A program made the position numbers and the translations under genes. DNA of 64,000 nt. It comes from Macrostomum lignano. Taxonomy: Eukaryota. A model generated the notes under the pieces. That model made no database searches and had not been told where the DNA came from. It was given only the letters and a program-made list of their open reading frames with translations. The stretch is taken from positions 248,001 to 312,000 of the forward strand of contig NIVC01000010.1 in NCBI GenBank assembly GCA_002269645.1, written 5' to 3'. Within the stretch, counting starts at the first letter, position 1. The number at the start of each line of letters is the position of its first letter. Positions 36,361-46,817 of this stretch are shown here, piece after piece.

Positions 36361-38295
36361 TGAAATCCAGTTCTACCGTGCATAAATGTCTATGGCACTC
36401 GCGCTCTTCGCAAGGATTGTGGCAAAAAATTTCGGCTTATTTTTTTTAATTTGTCACTCACAGTAAACAGTCAGGGAACTTTTAAAAGTGAATCTATCGT
36501 GAGTTTTGTTTTGAATTCGACTGCTTTTTTAATTGACATGTCGAGCGAGTTACTTACAATTGCTGTTGGTCCACCAGTTTTTTGCCATTGAACGATTTTC
36601 TTTTTCTTTTTCTCTGCGCAAGCTTCTTTGTGCACCAATTTGAGCTTATTATTTATATTATATTATTACCTGTTACTAATTATTAGTAATGATTCACGTG
36701 TAGCCTGCTTTGTCACCTGGCTTCTTGTTGAAATTTAAAATTTGTACAGCAATGCACAAGTTGACTATTCATTACTGAAATCGTACAATGAATAACTACT
36801 GAAAAATATTGCCTTCATTAATTTTGCAGCTGCCTTTGCAAATATATCGATCCGTGGCTTATAAATTTACAATTATAACATTTTTGTTTGGTGTGAAAAT
36901 AAAGTTTTTTATATATCTTCAATTGCGACAACTGCTGCTCACAGTACTTATATACACTGAACGAATCGCCAAATGTGTAGTAAGTCAATATATATATATT
37001 TCGTGGATATATTTCGACATTGTCAATGCATACGCACGCATACACCAAATCGTAAATATAAAATTTGCTGTGCATCTGTTTGTCAGTTTGTAGCGCAAGA
37101 ACTGGATGCTTATTATTAGCTCAAGTAAACCGATTTGTGCCTTAATTTTTAAATATTTCTCCTCTTTACTTGCAGTGCCTAGATATCAATATTTAGCTTT
37201 TTAGATTTAAGTCTAACACCTATAGTCATTTGCGCAACATATCGGTAGCCAACAGTCTAATAAGAATCGCTATAGATTTTTTATCGTAAAGCGGCCAGTT
37301 CTGGCAGTAATGTCTTTTTTTTCCTTGCCAGTTAAGTGTAGTGTGCCACTTGCACTTCCCCTTTTTTCTCCCCTGAACGCTAGGAAGTGTTTTTTTCGGC
37401 GCCAGGAAACGTGTATGGGTAAAGCAGGTGCGCTCTTGGAACGGGTTGCGTTGCAGATGCGTACTTACCTTTAGGCGTTTTTTCTGATATTACTGACCTT
37501 GCGTTGTTATGGTCAATTGGTCATGGAGCTCTGGACGCAGTGCCTGGATGCGAAACTAACGGACGGACAAGTTGGTCCCATCTGTTAAATATGAACTTAA
37601 CAGCACAGCCGCAAAAGGTCGTATTTCTACAGACTGCCTCAAACACGATGTTCTTAACATTTAAGGTCATGCTTAACCAGGACTGGCTTTTTTATCCTGG
37701 GTTATGAAAATGGAATTATGGCATATCCCGACAATCTTGACTGCTGTTGATTGACTTGATAAGGTCTAGATAAGGAAACAGGCTGGACCGCCCTCGCAGA
37801 ACGAAGCAGAATGAAACATAAAGCATTTAGGTATCAGCCGAATCCGCATAACAACATTTCATCATTTTTTATGATTCAAATTGATTAACGTTGGCATTGT
37901 GGTATGGTCTGATAGGTAAGCTAGAAATCAGCAAGACGGCTTAAAATAGCCTTAGTAATGGGAAAGTTGACTATGGGGATCTCCGTTTAAGAAGCTGATG
38001 GAAGCTGAGGACATTTGTCAGCAGCCTCTATCCAGAATATTGTTAATCGTAGAACGCCACGGTTGTGCGCGCTCCCCAAAACGTCTGTGCGTGCATCCAA
38101 TTACGAGCCATGAGTGGTCGATTTGAACCCATCGCTTCCTCCCTTAATCTTTTCCCCTTTGCTGCTTTACTTGTGGATGAATATATAAACTTCCACGTAG
38201 AACAGAAGGAACTGAAGCCTAACTGTAGGAGTCTGCAATCGCTCGTAGGTAGATATTAAGCGCTGAATACAAACTTATAAGCACTGGACGCATCA

Positions 38296-38535
38296 ATGTG
38301 GAAAGCTGTGCTATCGTTAGTTCTTGTCGCCATCCTACTTGTGCTAATACTGCCCCAGCACTGTCTGCACGCTCTCAACGTTACCGAACTGCATTCTGAC
38401 GCTGCCGACGGCTTCAACTGTACCATAGACTATTCAGTGCCGCTAGACGCTCCGTCCGTAATCTTAGTTTTGTGCGTTATTGTCTGCTTAGTATTTGTGC
38501 TAGTATGGATCTGTCTGTGCATTGTGCAGCCGTGA
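38296..38535 (+). CDS. Putative small type I membrane protein (79 aa)
   Basis: Hydrophobic N-terminal signal-like segment, NVT and NCT sequons, and a C-terminal hydrophobic segment; no recognised family. Confidence 0.5.
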   Translation: MWKAVLSLVLVAILLVLILPQHCLHALNVTELHSDAADGFNCTIDYSVPLDAPSVILVLCVIVCLVFVLVWICLCIVQP

Positions 38536-39134
38536 CGTGAATTGATTTTCGTTCAACTTAATTGTTGATTTGTTAGTATACCCGTCTGCGTGTGTACACC
38601 CACTGTACACACTGTGTAAGCGTGTGTGCATGAGTGTGTGGGATCGCTGATTACGGGCCTAAAGCCCCCCCTGCAAACTAACTAGCTGATAACTGTCTTA
38701 GCGTCTGTCTGCCTGTCTACTGAGGCATTTATGAAAGTGCTTTAGTTTACCTACTTACTTATGTTAGCTCACATTACAGTATTATTAGCTCTAAATATGT
38801 GAATGTAAATCCATTTGTAGTACTGTTCTGTACTTTTTGTGACACTCGTTTTCATAGATACTGTATTGACAGTTAACATGAATCTATTTCAGTTATTTAT
38901 TCTTCACTATTATTTACTATCTTGATTTGCTTTTGTACGTCTATAAGCTAGTCATTCTATGTAAATAGAATATAAGCATTTTTCAGTCTAGTTTCAATTG
39001 CGTGCGGTCTATGGCCATAGACAAAAACTGATTAGAAATCATGTTAGACTAAAGAGTACCGGCCGAGCAAACATAGAGAGCTAAATAATATCCTCGGGCT
39101 CGATTTCTATGGTCGAATATTTTCGACCATGGAC

Positions 39135-39362
39135 TTCAGATACTAGAATAACTATATGGGCCACTCAGCACATTTTCGTTTAAGCTACTTTCAGTTCAGT
39201 AGTAAGTTAAACAGTAGCATTTTAATGTATTTTTAAAGCCAAGGCTCATTTATTGGCTCTTGCCTCCAGCTTAACCCTGCAACCGCGCCTTTCCCACTAC
39301 CCCCTCTTGAGACAGAGTGTACATATGTCTGAGTGGCCCATCTAGTTATTCTAGTATCTGTG
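39135..39362. mobile_element. MITE with about 30-bp TIRs (CACAGATACTAGAATAACTA..GGGCCACTCAG) and a near-perfect 8-bp TSD
   Basis: TSD CCATGGAC/CCATAGAC; nested in another inverted-repeat element at about 38975-39486. Confidence 0.7.
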
Positions 39363-40306
39363 CCATAGACAAAAGTCTGCAACTAAAATTAGACTAAAAT
39401 ACTCTGTGGCTTTGGCACAGATTTTGTTTTCATTTTAATACCTATATTAGCTCTCTTTCCTTAGTTTCAACTAGACTGAAAATGCTATAGTAATTTTCTT
39501 TTGCTCATTTTTACTGTTCATATTATCAAGTCGACAATGTTATAATTATAATCCTAGTGTAAATATATAATCTGGTCAGCACCGGTTAGAAAGAAACCTT
39601 GAGTTTTTTTTCTAATAGCTGCATGGGCTTTTCAGTATTATCTTATCTCTGCTTCTTGATATCTCAGTCTAACAGAGTAGACGCAAGACAAGCTCTAGCG
39701 GGTAGATAGAGTTGGTCAGTTATGGAATACAGCCAGCCCCGTACTTGACTTGTGGCCCTGTTGCAGGCGGCTAAAATGCCAACAGAGCCAGCTAAGTTGT
39801 ACAGACTACAGTAAAGTAGATATATATATATGCATGGCTGGGTGAATTCATTTTCTACTTTAGCAAAGGCATTCATTTTTGTGAGTCCGCACGCTCGTAT
39901 TAGGTCCTCTTTCTTCAACAGAGGTAAATTTCTGCAATTCAACATTTCTGTTTACAAATAGTGTATTTTACTGTTAAACATTGCAGGTTTACATGTGACT
40001 CATTTATAACCAGAGTAGCACTTCATGTTATTGTTGTATCTACAAGTATTCATTTAGTATGAAACGCGTGCGTATATGTGGTAAAACAATGTGACCGTCT
40101 GTGGCTTTTTGAGACTGTCTATGGTAAACACACTTAGCCCAATGCTTAATTTTAGCCGAGTTCCCGGCCTCTGTTACTGTCTATGGTAAACATACTTAGC
40201 CCAATGCTTAATTTTAGCCGAGTTCACGGTCTCTGTGACTCTATGGTAAACACTTCGCCCATGCAATTAAACTGCTTTGGATTTTTCAGCTTTAGCTAAA
40301 ACAAAA

Positions 40307-40711
40307 ATGTCTCAGCAGCCAATCAAAGTGCACGGCCGAATCCTGTTGCCTAGCAACCCGGCCAGCCTGCCGTCGCCAAGCTACCTTCACGTGGGTTTGG
40401 CGGACACGTCACGAATGGGCGCTCCAGCGGTGAGTCTGGCCAAGTCCTCAGCTGAGATCAGCGAGTCCTACAACCGGAGCGGAGCTGCTCAGGCGCTGAC
40501 CTACTCGCTGACGGGGGCAACTCGCCAGGAGACCGGCTGCATGCCGAACGCCTACTCCGTGTCCGCCACCATCAATGTGGGCTGGAAGCCAACGGAGCAG
40601 GAGAAGCTGAGAAAAGGGGACTACCTGATTGACACTGTGCACAATGTGCCCGTGGTTGAGGGTCAAACCGACTACGAAGTGGACATCAACCTCATTCACT
40701 ACAACTATTAG
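40307..40711 (+). CDS. YbaY/YscW-like (lipoprotein/pilotin-fold) protein, copy 1, 134 aa
   Basis: Intact single-exon ORF with a conserved paralog; motif pattern G..LP..S.L.V.L.D.S...AP...LA ... PNAYSVSA.I.V ... IDTV..V ... VDI.L resembles bacterial YbaY as recalled, not searched. Confidence 0.75.
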   Translation: MSQQPIKVHGRILLPSNPASLPSPSYLHVGLADTSRMGAPAVSLAKSSAEISESYNRSGAAQALTYSLTGATRQETGCMPNAYSVSATINVGWKPTEQEKLRKGDYLIDTVHNVPVVEGQTDYEVDINLIHYNY

Positions 40712-41250
40712 ACTGTAGTTTCGGGTTGAACTGCAAAGCCCTGTTTAGGTAGATTTGAAACAGGGTATCTTGATTTTGCGATTTTTTTACCTGGATTCTT
40801 GTTCACTTCGCCTGGCCTAAGTTAAAGTTAATCAGTCTTTTTAACGGTATTTGTTTCATTGATTTGTTTAGTCGCGCTTACCTTTCGTTTTATATTGATA
40901 AATTTTATCTTAACAATAAATTATGCGCCTGCATCTGTACCGATTCAATCATTTTGTTTGGGTGCACTGTATCAACTATATGATTTATACAGGAACTAGA
41001 AGCCAATGGTTATATTGCGCCTATTGATAGGTTTAGTCAATAGGAAATCTGTGCTATGAATCTTTGTGTTTTTAAGTTAGTTTAAGCTTTTTGTTAGCCG
41101 TTATCGAATCCATTTAAACAAAGTACTTTGGTCAATGAACTCAGCTTATCTTGAGGTCATTAACTTAATTTTAAATCATGTAATCTTTTTCTTCACACTC
41201 TGAACAGTATTTTGTTTAAATTTCCAGGCATATGCAAAATCAAAATAAAA

Positions 41251-41652
41251 ATGTCTCAGCAGCCTATCAGAGTGCACGGTCGAATCCTGTTGCCTAGCAA
41301 CCCGGCCAGTCTGCCGACGCCAAGCTACCTGACTGTTGGCTTGTCCGACACGTCGCTGATGGACGCTCCAGCGGTGAGTCTGGCCAAGTCCTCAGCTGAG
41401 ATCAGCGAGTCCTACAACCGGAGCGGAGCTGCTCAGGCGTTGACCTACTCGCTGTCGGGCGCAACTCGCCAGGAGACCGGCTGCATGCCGAACGCCTACT
41501 CCGTGTCCGCCACCATCAATGTGGGCTGGAAGCCAACGGAGCAGGAATGGGTGCGAAAAGGTGACTACCTGGTTGACACAACTCACAATGTGCCGGTAAT
41601 TGAGGGTCAAACCGAGTATGAGATGGACATCAGCCTCATTCACTACAACTAA
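41251..41652 (+). CDS. YbaY/YscW-like protein, copy 2, 133 aa
   Basis: Tandem paralog; LTVGLSDTSLMDAP fits the YbaY motif better still. Confidence 0.75.
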   Translation: MSQQPIRVHGRILLPSNPASLPTPSYLTVGLSDTSLMDAPAVSLAKSSAEISESYNRSGAAQALTYSLSGATRQETGCMPNAYSVSATINVGWKPTEQEWVRKGDYLVDTTHNVPVIEGQTEYEMDISLIHYN

Positions 41653-42857
41653 AATAATGACTCAATATGGAGCATATGTGAAACAGTATTTGGAAATTGG
41701 TAACTTTTCTAAGGTTAATTTAGTCGCTTTTTTGTGCTTTTCGAATATTAGATAGCTACAAAATGCTTGATTCGATGGCAATGTACAAGTACAACAGTAC
41801 ATGTACGAGTACTCCGGCTTTTTAAATGCACAAACTAATTAATATATTCTTACAATTCGTTTTATTATTAAGTGACCAACTTAAAACTTATTAACATCTC
41901 TCAACATGTTTTGGCTCTGTTTATTCCGTCTTAACAAAAACCCTCAGGTTGAAACCCTCAAGGCATCTGTTGAGAGGCCTTAGCACGATAAATTATACTT
42001 GTACTTGCAAACCCAACAAAAGCTTCATTGTTTACCATTTGGAAATGTTTTTTTACAGAGCGACATTCTGACACTTACAATTCCTTATGTGGTCTTGTCG
42101 AATGAGAAAATTTGGCATTGGAGTTGCCAGCAGTAGTAACACTTGCATGTTGCGATGAGTGAGTATACTTGTCATGACGAATAGTCCACAGAAAATTTCA
42201 TACTCATCTGTTTTAAGAGTTGTATTGAAGATGGGATGAATTGCGTCATCTAGCTACTTTTAACTGTTTAGTCTATCTAAAACGCTCCTATCAATACAGG
42301 ATAGCATAACACTTCTAAATGAATGATGCCGTCATTTTGTTCGTGAAAGCAGATCTGACAGCTTTAGGTATTGACAATACGGGAGTTGTCTCCCGTATTG
42401 CAGGATTGTGCAGGATTTTTTTCCTGCATGCAATTCCCTGTCGACAGTTGACCCAACCGAGAATGTATACCGTTGTGCACAAAATAAAATTAAATTAAAG
42501 CGCTAAGCTATTACTGTACATGTAGCTACATCTTGTAGAATGACAAGAGTAGTGTATAACTTTGTGCTAGCTAAGACATCATATTATAAGCTCGTCATGT
42601 TTTCTTTCAGAAATTTGGCCTTAAGTTTAATGCGAACAATAAAAGTACCTCTGGGATATGACTCGTCCGAGATTATATGTACATGTAAAATCCGCCAATT
42701 ACGTATACACTGTTTTATTGTGTTCCAAACTCAGAGTACAAGGACTGAGTATTTGATTATCTCGTAGTGATCATACGAGCTATCTTATAACTTTTACAGT
42801 AGACTATAATGTATACATGTATAGCAGTTGTCCGCAAACATTTTTACGTGTACCTCG

Positions 42858-43195
42858 GGGGGGGGGGGCAGAAAGAGAACCTAGCGCAGGACTGCGGGCC
42901 AGAGAAGAGAAAGGAAATAGAAAAAGAAAAGAGAAGGTAGATATAGAAGGAAGTAGAGGCGAGGGAATAAGATACAAGAGAGGAGACGATAGGAGAGGAG
43001 AAATGAAAGAGGAGAGGAGATAGAAGGCCGAGAGGAGGTAGAGAAGGGAGAGGAGAAGGAGAAAATACAAGGAAAAGCGAGAGGAGAGGAGACAGTAGAA
43101 GAGATGGGAGAGAAGAGAGGCAAGAGGAGAGAATATAAGAAAGAAAAGAGAGGGGAGAGATTCAGAGGAGAGAAGGAGATAGAAGAGACACAAAG
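42858..43195 (+). repeat. Purine-rich (GA) low-complexity tract
   Basis: Direct inspection. Confidence 0.85.
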
Positions 43196-43264
43196 ATTAG
43201 GCAGGCCGGATTGCTATTGAAGTCTCAAGAGAAATTTCGTGGGCCAGAGTTTGCCGACCCCTGA

Positions 43265-43870
43265 TAAATTGCCTAGTTTACACGACGTGCGACTTGCAAA
43301 GTTATGATTTTCGACCTTCAGGGGGAGTCTGGCCAAAGATCTTGCGTTGCTGGCGATCTGCTCGTTTTTCAGGAAGAGTACCGCGCGCTTTGTGCTGCTT
43401 TCGAGCTGCCATTGCGCTAGGTGAACCAATACCCGTGCAGGGTGCTGGTAAACGGGCCACCTGGTCAGGCCGTTGTGCCCCAGAAGATGGATCCAAAAAG
43501 GGCCACCTGGAAGGCATGAGCCCCAGAGGTTGGTACCCTGCCAGTGTGACCCAGGGAGCCCAGACATTAGAGATGTGTGTTCAACGCCGTAGTGACAGGC
43601 TCTCACCTTTTTGCGGGGCTAAGGCGTTCTGCAGGTGGCGGAATTGATCTTCTGGGTATGCCCAAAATTAAATGGTCGACCCTGTCTGATAGGCAGTTTA
43701 CGCCGGCGGATGGTCTCTGAAGAGGTCGGACCTACGTAGTCTGTAAAGAGGGTTGGCGGTGCCAAGCCTTGCAAATAGCTACTAATGAGAGCTTCACAGT
43801 TAGGACCACCCAATCTTTCGTCCTTGATGGCACCCAACCGATTTTGCCTCATTTGGCTTCAGGCTCCCCC
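43265..43870 (-). mobile_element. Possible heavily degraded non-LTR (LINE) reverse-transcriptase relic
   Basis: GC-rich island with frameshifted, weak resemblance to LINE RT C-terminal motifs; eye-level only. Confidence 0.3.
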
Positions 43871-44127
43871 GGCCGTAGGTCTGCTATCTTTGTGATGCGG
43901 CCACAATAGGAGTTCCAATGTTCAGGTGGCCCTCCTCACTCCTGGGAGGACACACCCTTATTCAACAGCAAACAGCTCTGCAGCAAACCAGGAAGCATAC
44001 ATGGAAGCTAATCTTATTGGCTGATGACAATATAAATAGACGTGTAAAACGTCAAACAAAAATTTCAGTCAGTTGTTTCCAACTACATAAAATTACACCA
44101 GTTAATGCAGCTCAATAGCAAAGAAAA

Positions 44128-45240
44128 ATGCATTCCGTCACTCTGCTACTAGCGGGAATTTTGGCCAATAGCGGTGCGAGCACGATTGCCACTATACTAC
44201 TGGCGATCAAACGCTGCCCGTCCGCTGAAAACTTGGCCGAACTGACACGCAGCGGTGCCGAAAAGCCTTGGCAAGATCTGGCCACTTGCGCTGCCGCCTG
44301 CGCAGCCGATGTCTCCAATTTAAAATGCTGCGTGTTGCACTTCTCCATTGCAACTAATCGGTGCTTTCACGGCAACGCTATGCAATTTTCTACGCTCTGG
44401 GGCCCAGAAATAACTGAACCGGGAAGTTCTGTCGGTTCCAGCAGCTGCGTTAGCTACGCGAAGAGCTGCGCTCAGGAGGAAGTCGCGATTAGTGCCGGTA
44501 CCACGACCAAAGGTACGATGGAGCAGCCGGTAACGACAAGCGCAGTGACAAACCAGCTCAACAATGTACCAGGATTCCCCGCCAGCCTAAGCAGCAAGCT
44601 AATCATCATGTACGATTTCCGTAGAAGCTTCGCCAACCTTGTCGACTCGTCCAAGTTTCCGATTACACTGCAAGGTGGTGTGACACGCGACGCCAATGGC
44701 GCCAGCTTCTCCCAGCCGGTCGATTACCTGGAGGTGGACACGGCTGGCGGCTCACTGGCATCCGACTATCTGACCAGCACGAGCAGTTTTACTTTCTTTG
44801 TGAGCGCCAAACGCAGGACCTGGTATCAAGCCACCTATCACTACTTCTATCAATGCAGCAATCCAGGTACCTACACTGGCCGATTCGCTGACCGAAGCCA
44901 GCGCATATGGGTGGAGCATCCGTTTCCATCTCAGTCCCGAGTAGAGATCCAAAAGTCGTCTGGTGGTCTTCCACTAGACACTACTAACAAGATGAATATG
45001 GCCACACTCGGCGTCACGTTCATCAACGGTACAGTGGCCGGCTTCTACCTCAACGGGAGCATGCAAGCAAAGGAGGCTAGCCCCAATTGGAGCTATACGA
45101 ATTTACCCAGCTGCCTGCGAATTGGCTTTGACGCTGAGCCAAGTTACGGACTGAACGGCCAGTTGATTTGCTACGCTATCGCCAAGTCCGCTCTCGGCCT
45201 AGCGGATATGCAGCAGCTCGAGGCCTACTGCACAGCTTAA
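44128..45240 (+). CDS. Intronless secreted protein: PAN/apple-like Cys domain followed by a LamG/concanavalin-A-like domain (370 aa)
   Basis: Hydrophobic N-terminus, LATCAAAC...CCVLHF....RC pattern, and a C-terminal SFTFF..K...LGVT...FYLNG...LRIG...LNGQL....I....L...MQQL pattern. Confidence 0.8.
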   Translation: MHSVTLLLAGILANSGASTIATILLAIKRCPSAENLAELTRSGAEKPWQDLATCAAACAADVSNLKCCVLHFSIATNRCFHGNAMQFSTLWGPEITEPGSSVGSSSCVSYAKSCAQEEVAISAGTTTKGTMEQPVTTSAVTNQLNNVPGFPASLSSKLIIMYDFRRSFANLVDSSKFPITLQGGVTRDANGASFSQPVDYLEVDTAGGSLASDYLTSTSSFTFFVSAKRRTWYQATYHYFYQCSNPGTYTGRFADRSQRIWVEHPFPSQSRVEIQKSSGGLPLDTTNKMNMATLGVTFINGTVAGFYLNGSMQAKEASPNWSYTNLPSCLRIGFDAEPSYGLNGQLICYAIAKSALGLADMQQLEAYCTA

Positions 45241-46013
45241 ACTGCTGAATGATAACCAGCTATAACCTGCAACACTAATTCTGTGTATTCACGCTCGTAC
45301 AATTAGATTTTTCCCACACCGATGTGAGATGTGCCTTTAAACAATTTGAGAGGCTGTAAAATTAACTAAAACTCAGCGCAAAGTCAATTGTATTTTGTTT
45401 TAAATATAACCTTAAAATTTTATTATAATTGATAAGAATACAGGAACACAAATATTTAAGGTACGTAGCTTACTAGAAACAATGTACGATCGCAGCTAAG
45501 AACAAAGTGACGGCAGGGCAAATTTTGTTGAAAAATGATTTTTTGACTTGAAAATTTATGAAACGTTGCCAACGAATTAGAAATACTATTCTGTTTGAAA
45601 TTAGATAAGAAACGTACTTTACAGTAGTACACAAAGCATAGGCGCTTTCTACAGGTATTTTGTAACTTTATTTACCGTGCTGTATTGCAATGTAAATGTA
45701 ATACTCAGACTTATACAATGGTACATCACACGTCGCATTTTACTAACATCAACAGTAGCTAATTAATTGAGGGACCGAAATTGCAATTGTAAGCAAAATG
45801 AAAGTTCCAATCCCTCAAATAGAGGCCGGGTCTTTACAGAAATGCCAACCAACAAGAAAACGGAAAATTTGAATTAAAGAACGCATGACCACAATAAAAG
45901 ACGAGTAATGCGTCTTTTTAAATCCAGCAAAATTCAAATGTAACTTATACAACCTAATATCAAATATAACCTACAACAGAACTATCAAGTGCCAATGTGC
46001 AGATAGTCTTGCC

Positions 46014-46437
46014 CACAGACACTAGAATTACTAGATGGGCCGCTCAGCACATTTGCGTGCAAACTACTTTCAGTTCAGTAGTAAGTTAAACAGAAGCATT
46101 TTAATGTATTTTAAAAGCAAAGGCTCATTTATTGGCTCTTATCCCCATGCAGCTTAAACCCTCCAACCGCGCCTTTCCACTATATCCCGCCCAGCCATAA
46201 TTTTTGTTGCCTTTCTTGGTCTTGGAATTCCAGCTCGTACATGTAAATTTCAGTGGACTGGCCAATGTACATTATTGCTGAACCAATTAGCAAGTTGTTT
46301 TATACCCGCAAGCTTGGGCTTCTAAACTTACCAAAGTCATCTCAGCTGCCTTTATTCTTATAAAATAGCTTATGTATTCTTCTTTGCTACTGAACTGAAA
46401 GTAGAAAGCTATTTTACTAGTTATTCTAGTATCTTTG
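46014..46437. mobile_element. Second, longer copy of the 39135-39362 MITE family
   Basis: More than 120 bp of clear similarity (ACTAGAATTACTAGATGGGCCGCTCAGCAC...GGCTCATTTATTGGCTCTT) and a right end CTAGTTATTCTAGTATCT. Confidence 0.7.
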
Positions 46438-46817
46438 ATCTTGCCTTGACACTAATGCACCGAATACAGTATCTAACTCCTCATTTTTTACAAAACAAAA
46501 CAAAAGCTTTTTAAGGGTGGCGTGCAATAATGGCAAAGCCTATATACGCTTAATTGCTTCATGTTGTGGTACTTAGGAAAGGATAAACAAGGCGCTGGTT
46601 TGTATTGCTTTGCATACTTGGCGCTAAATTGAGTTATTGAATAGTTTATTTACGGTAAATCCGTTCTCCCCGAAGAAATTAACAATAATCCTACAGTTAC
46701 GTTACCTGAAACTTGCAGTTGATTTTTCAATATTTTAATTTTGACAAGCTTTCCCTTTCCCTTCGTAACCAGAAAAAACACAAAGTCCAGCACGTTATAA
46801 ACAAAAAGTTCTTAAAG

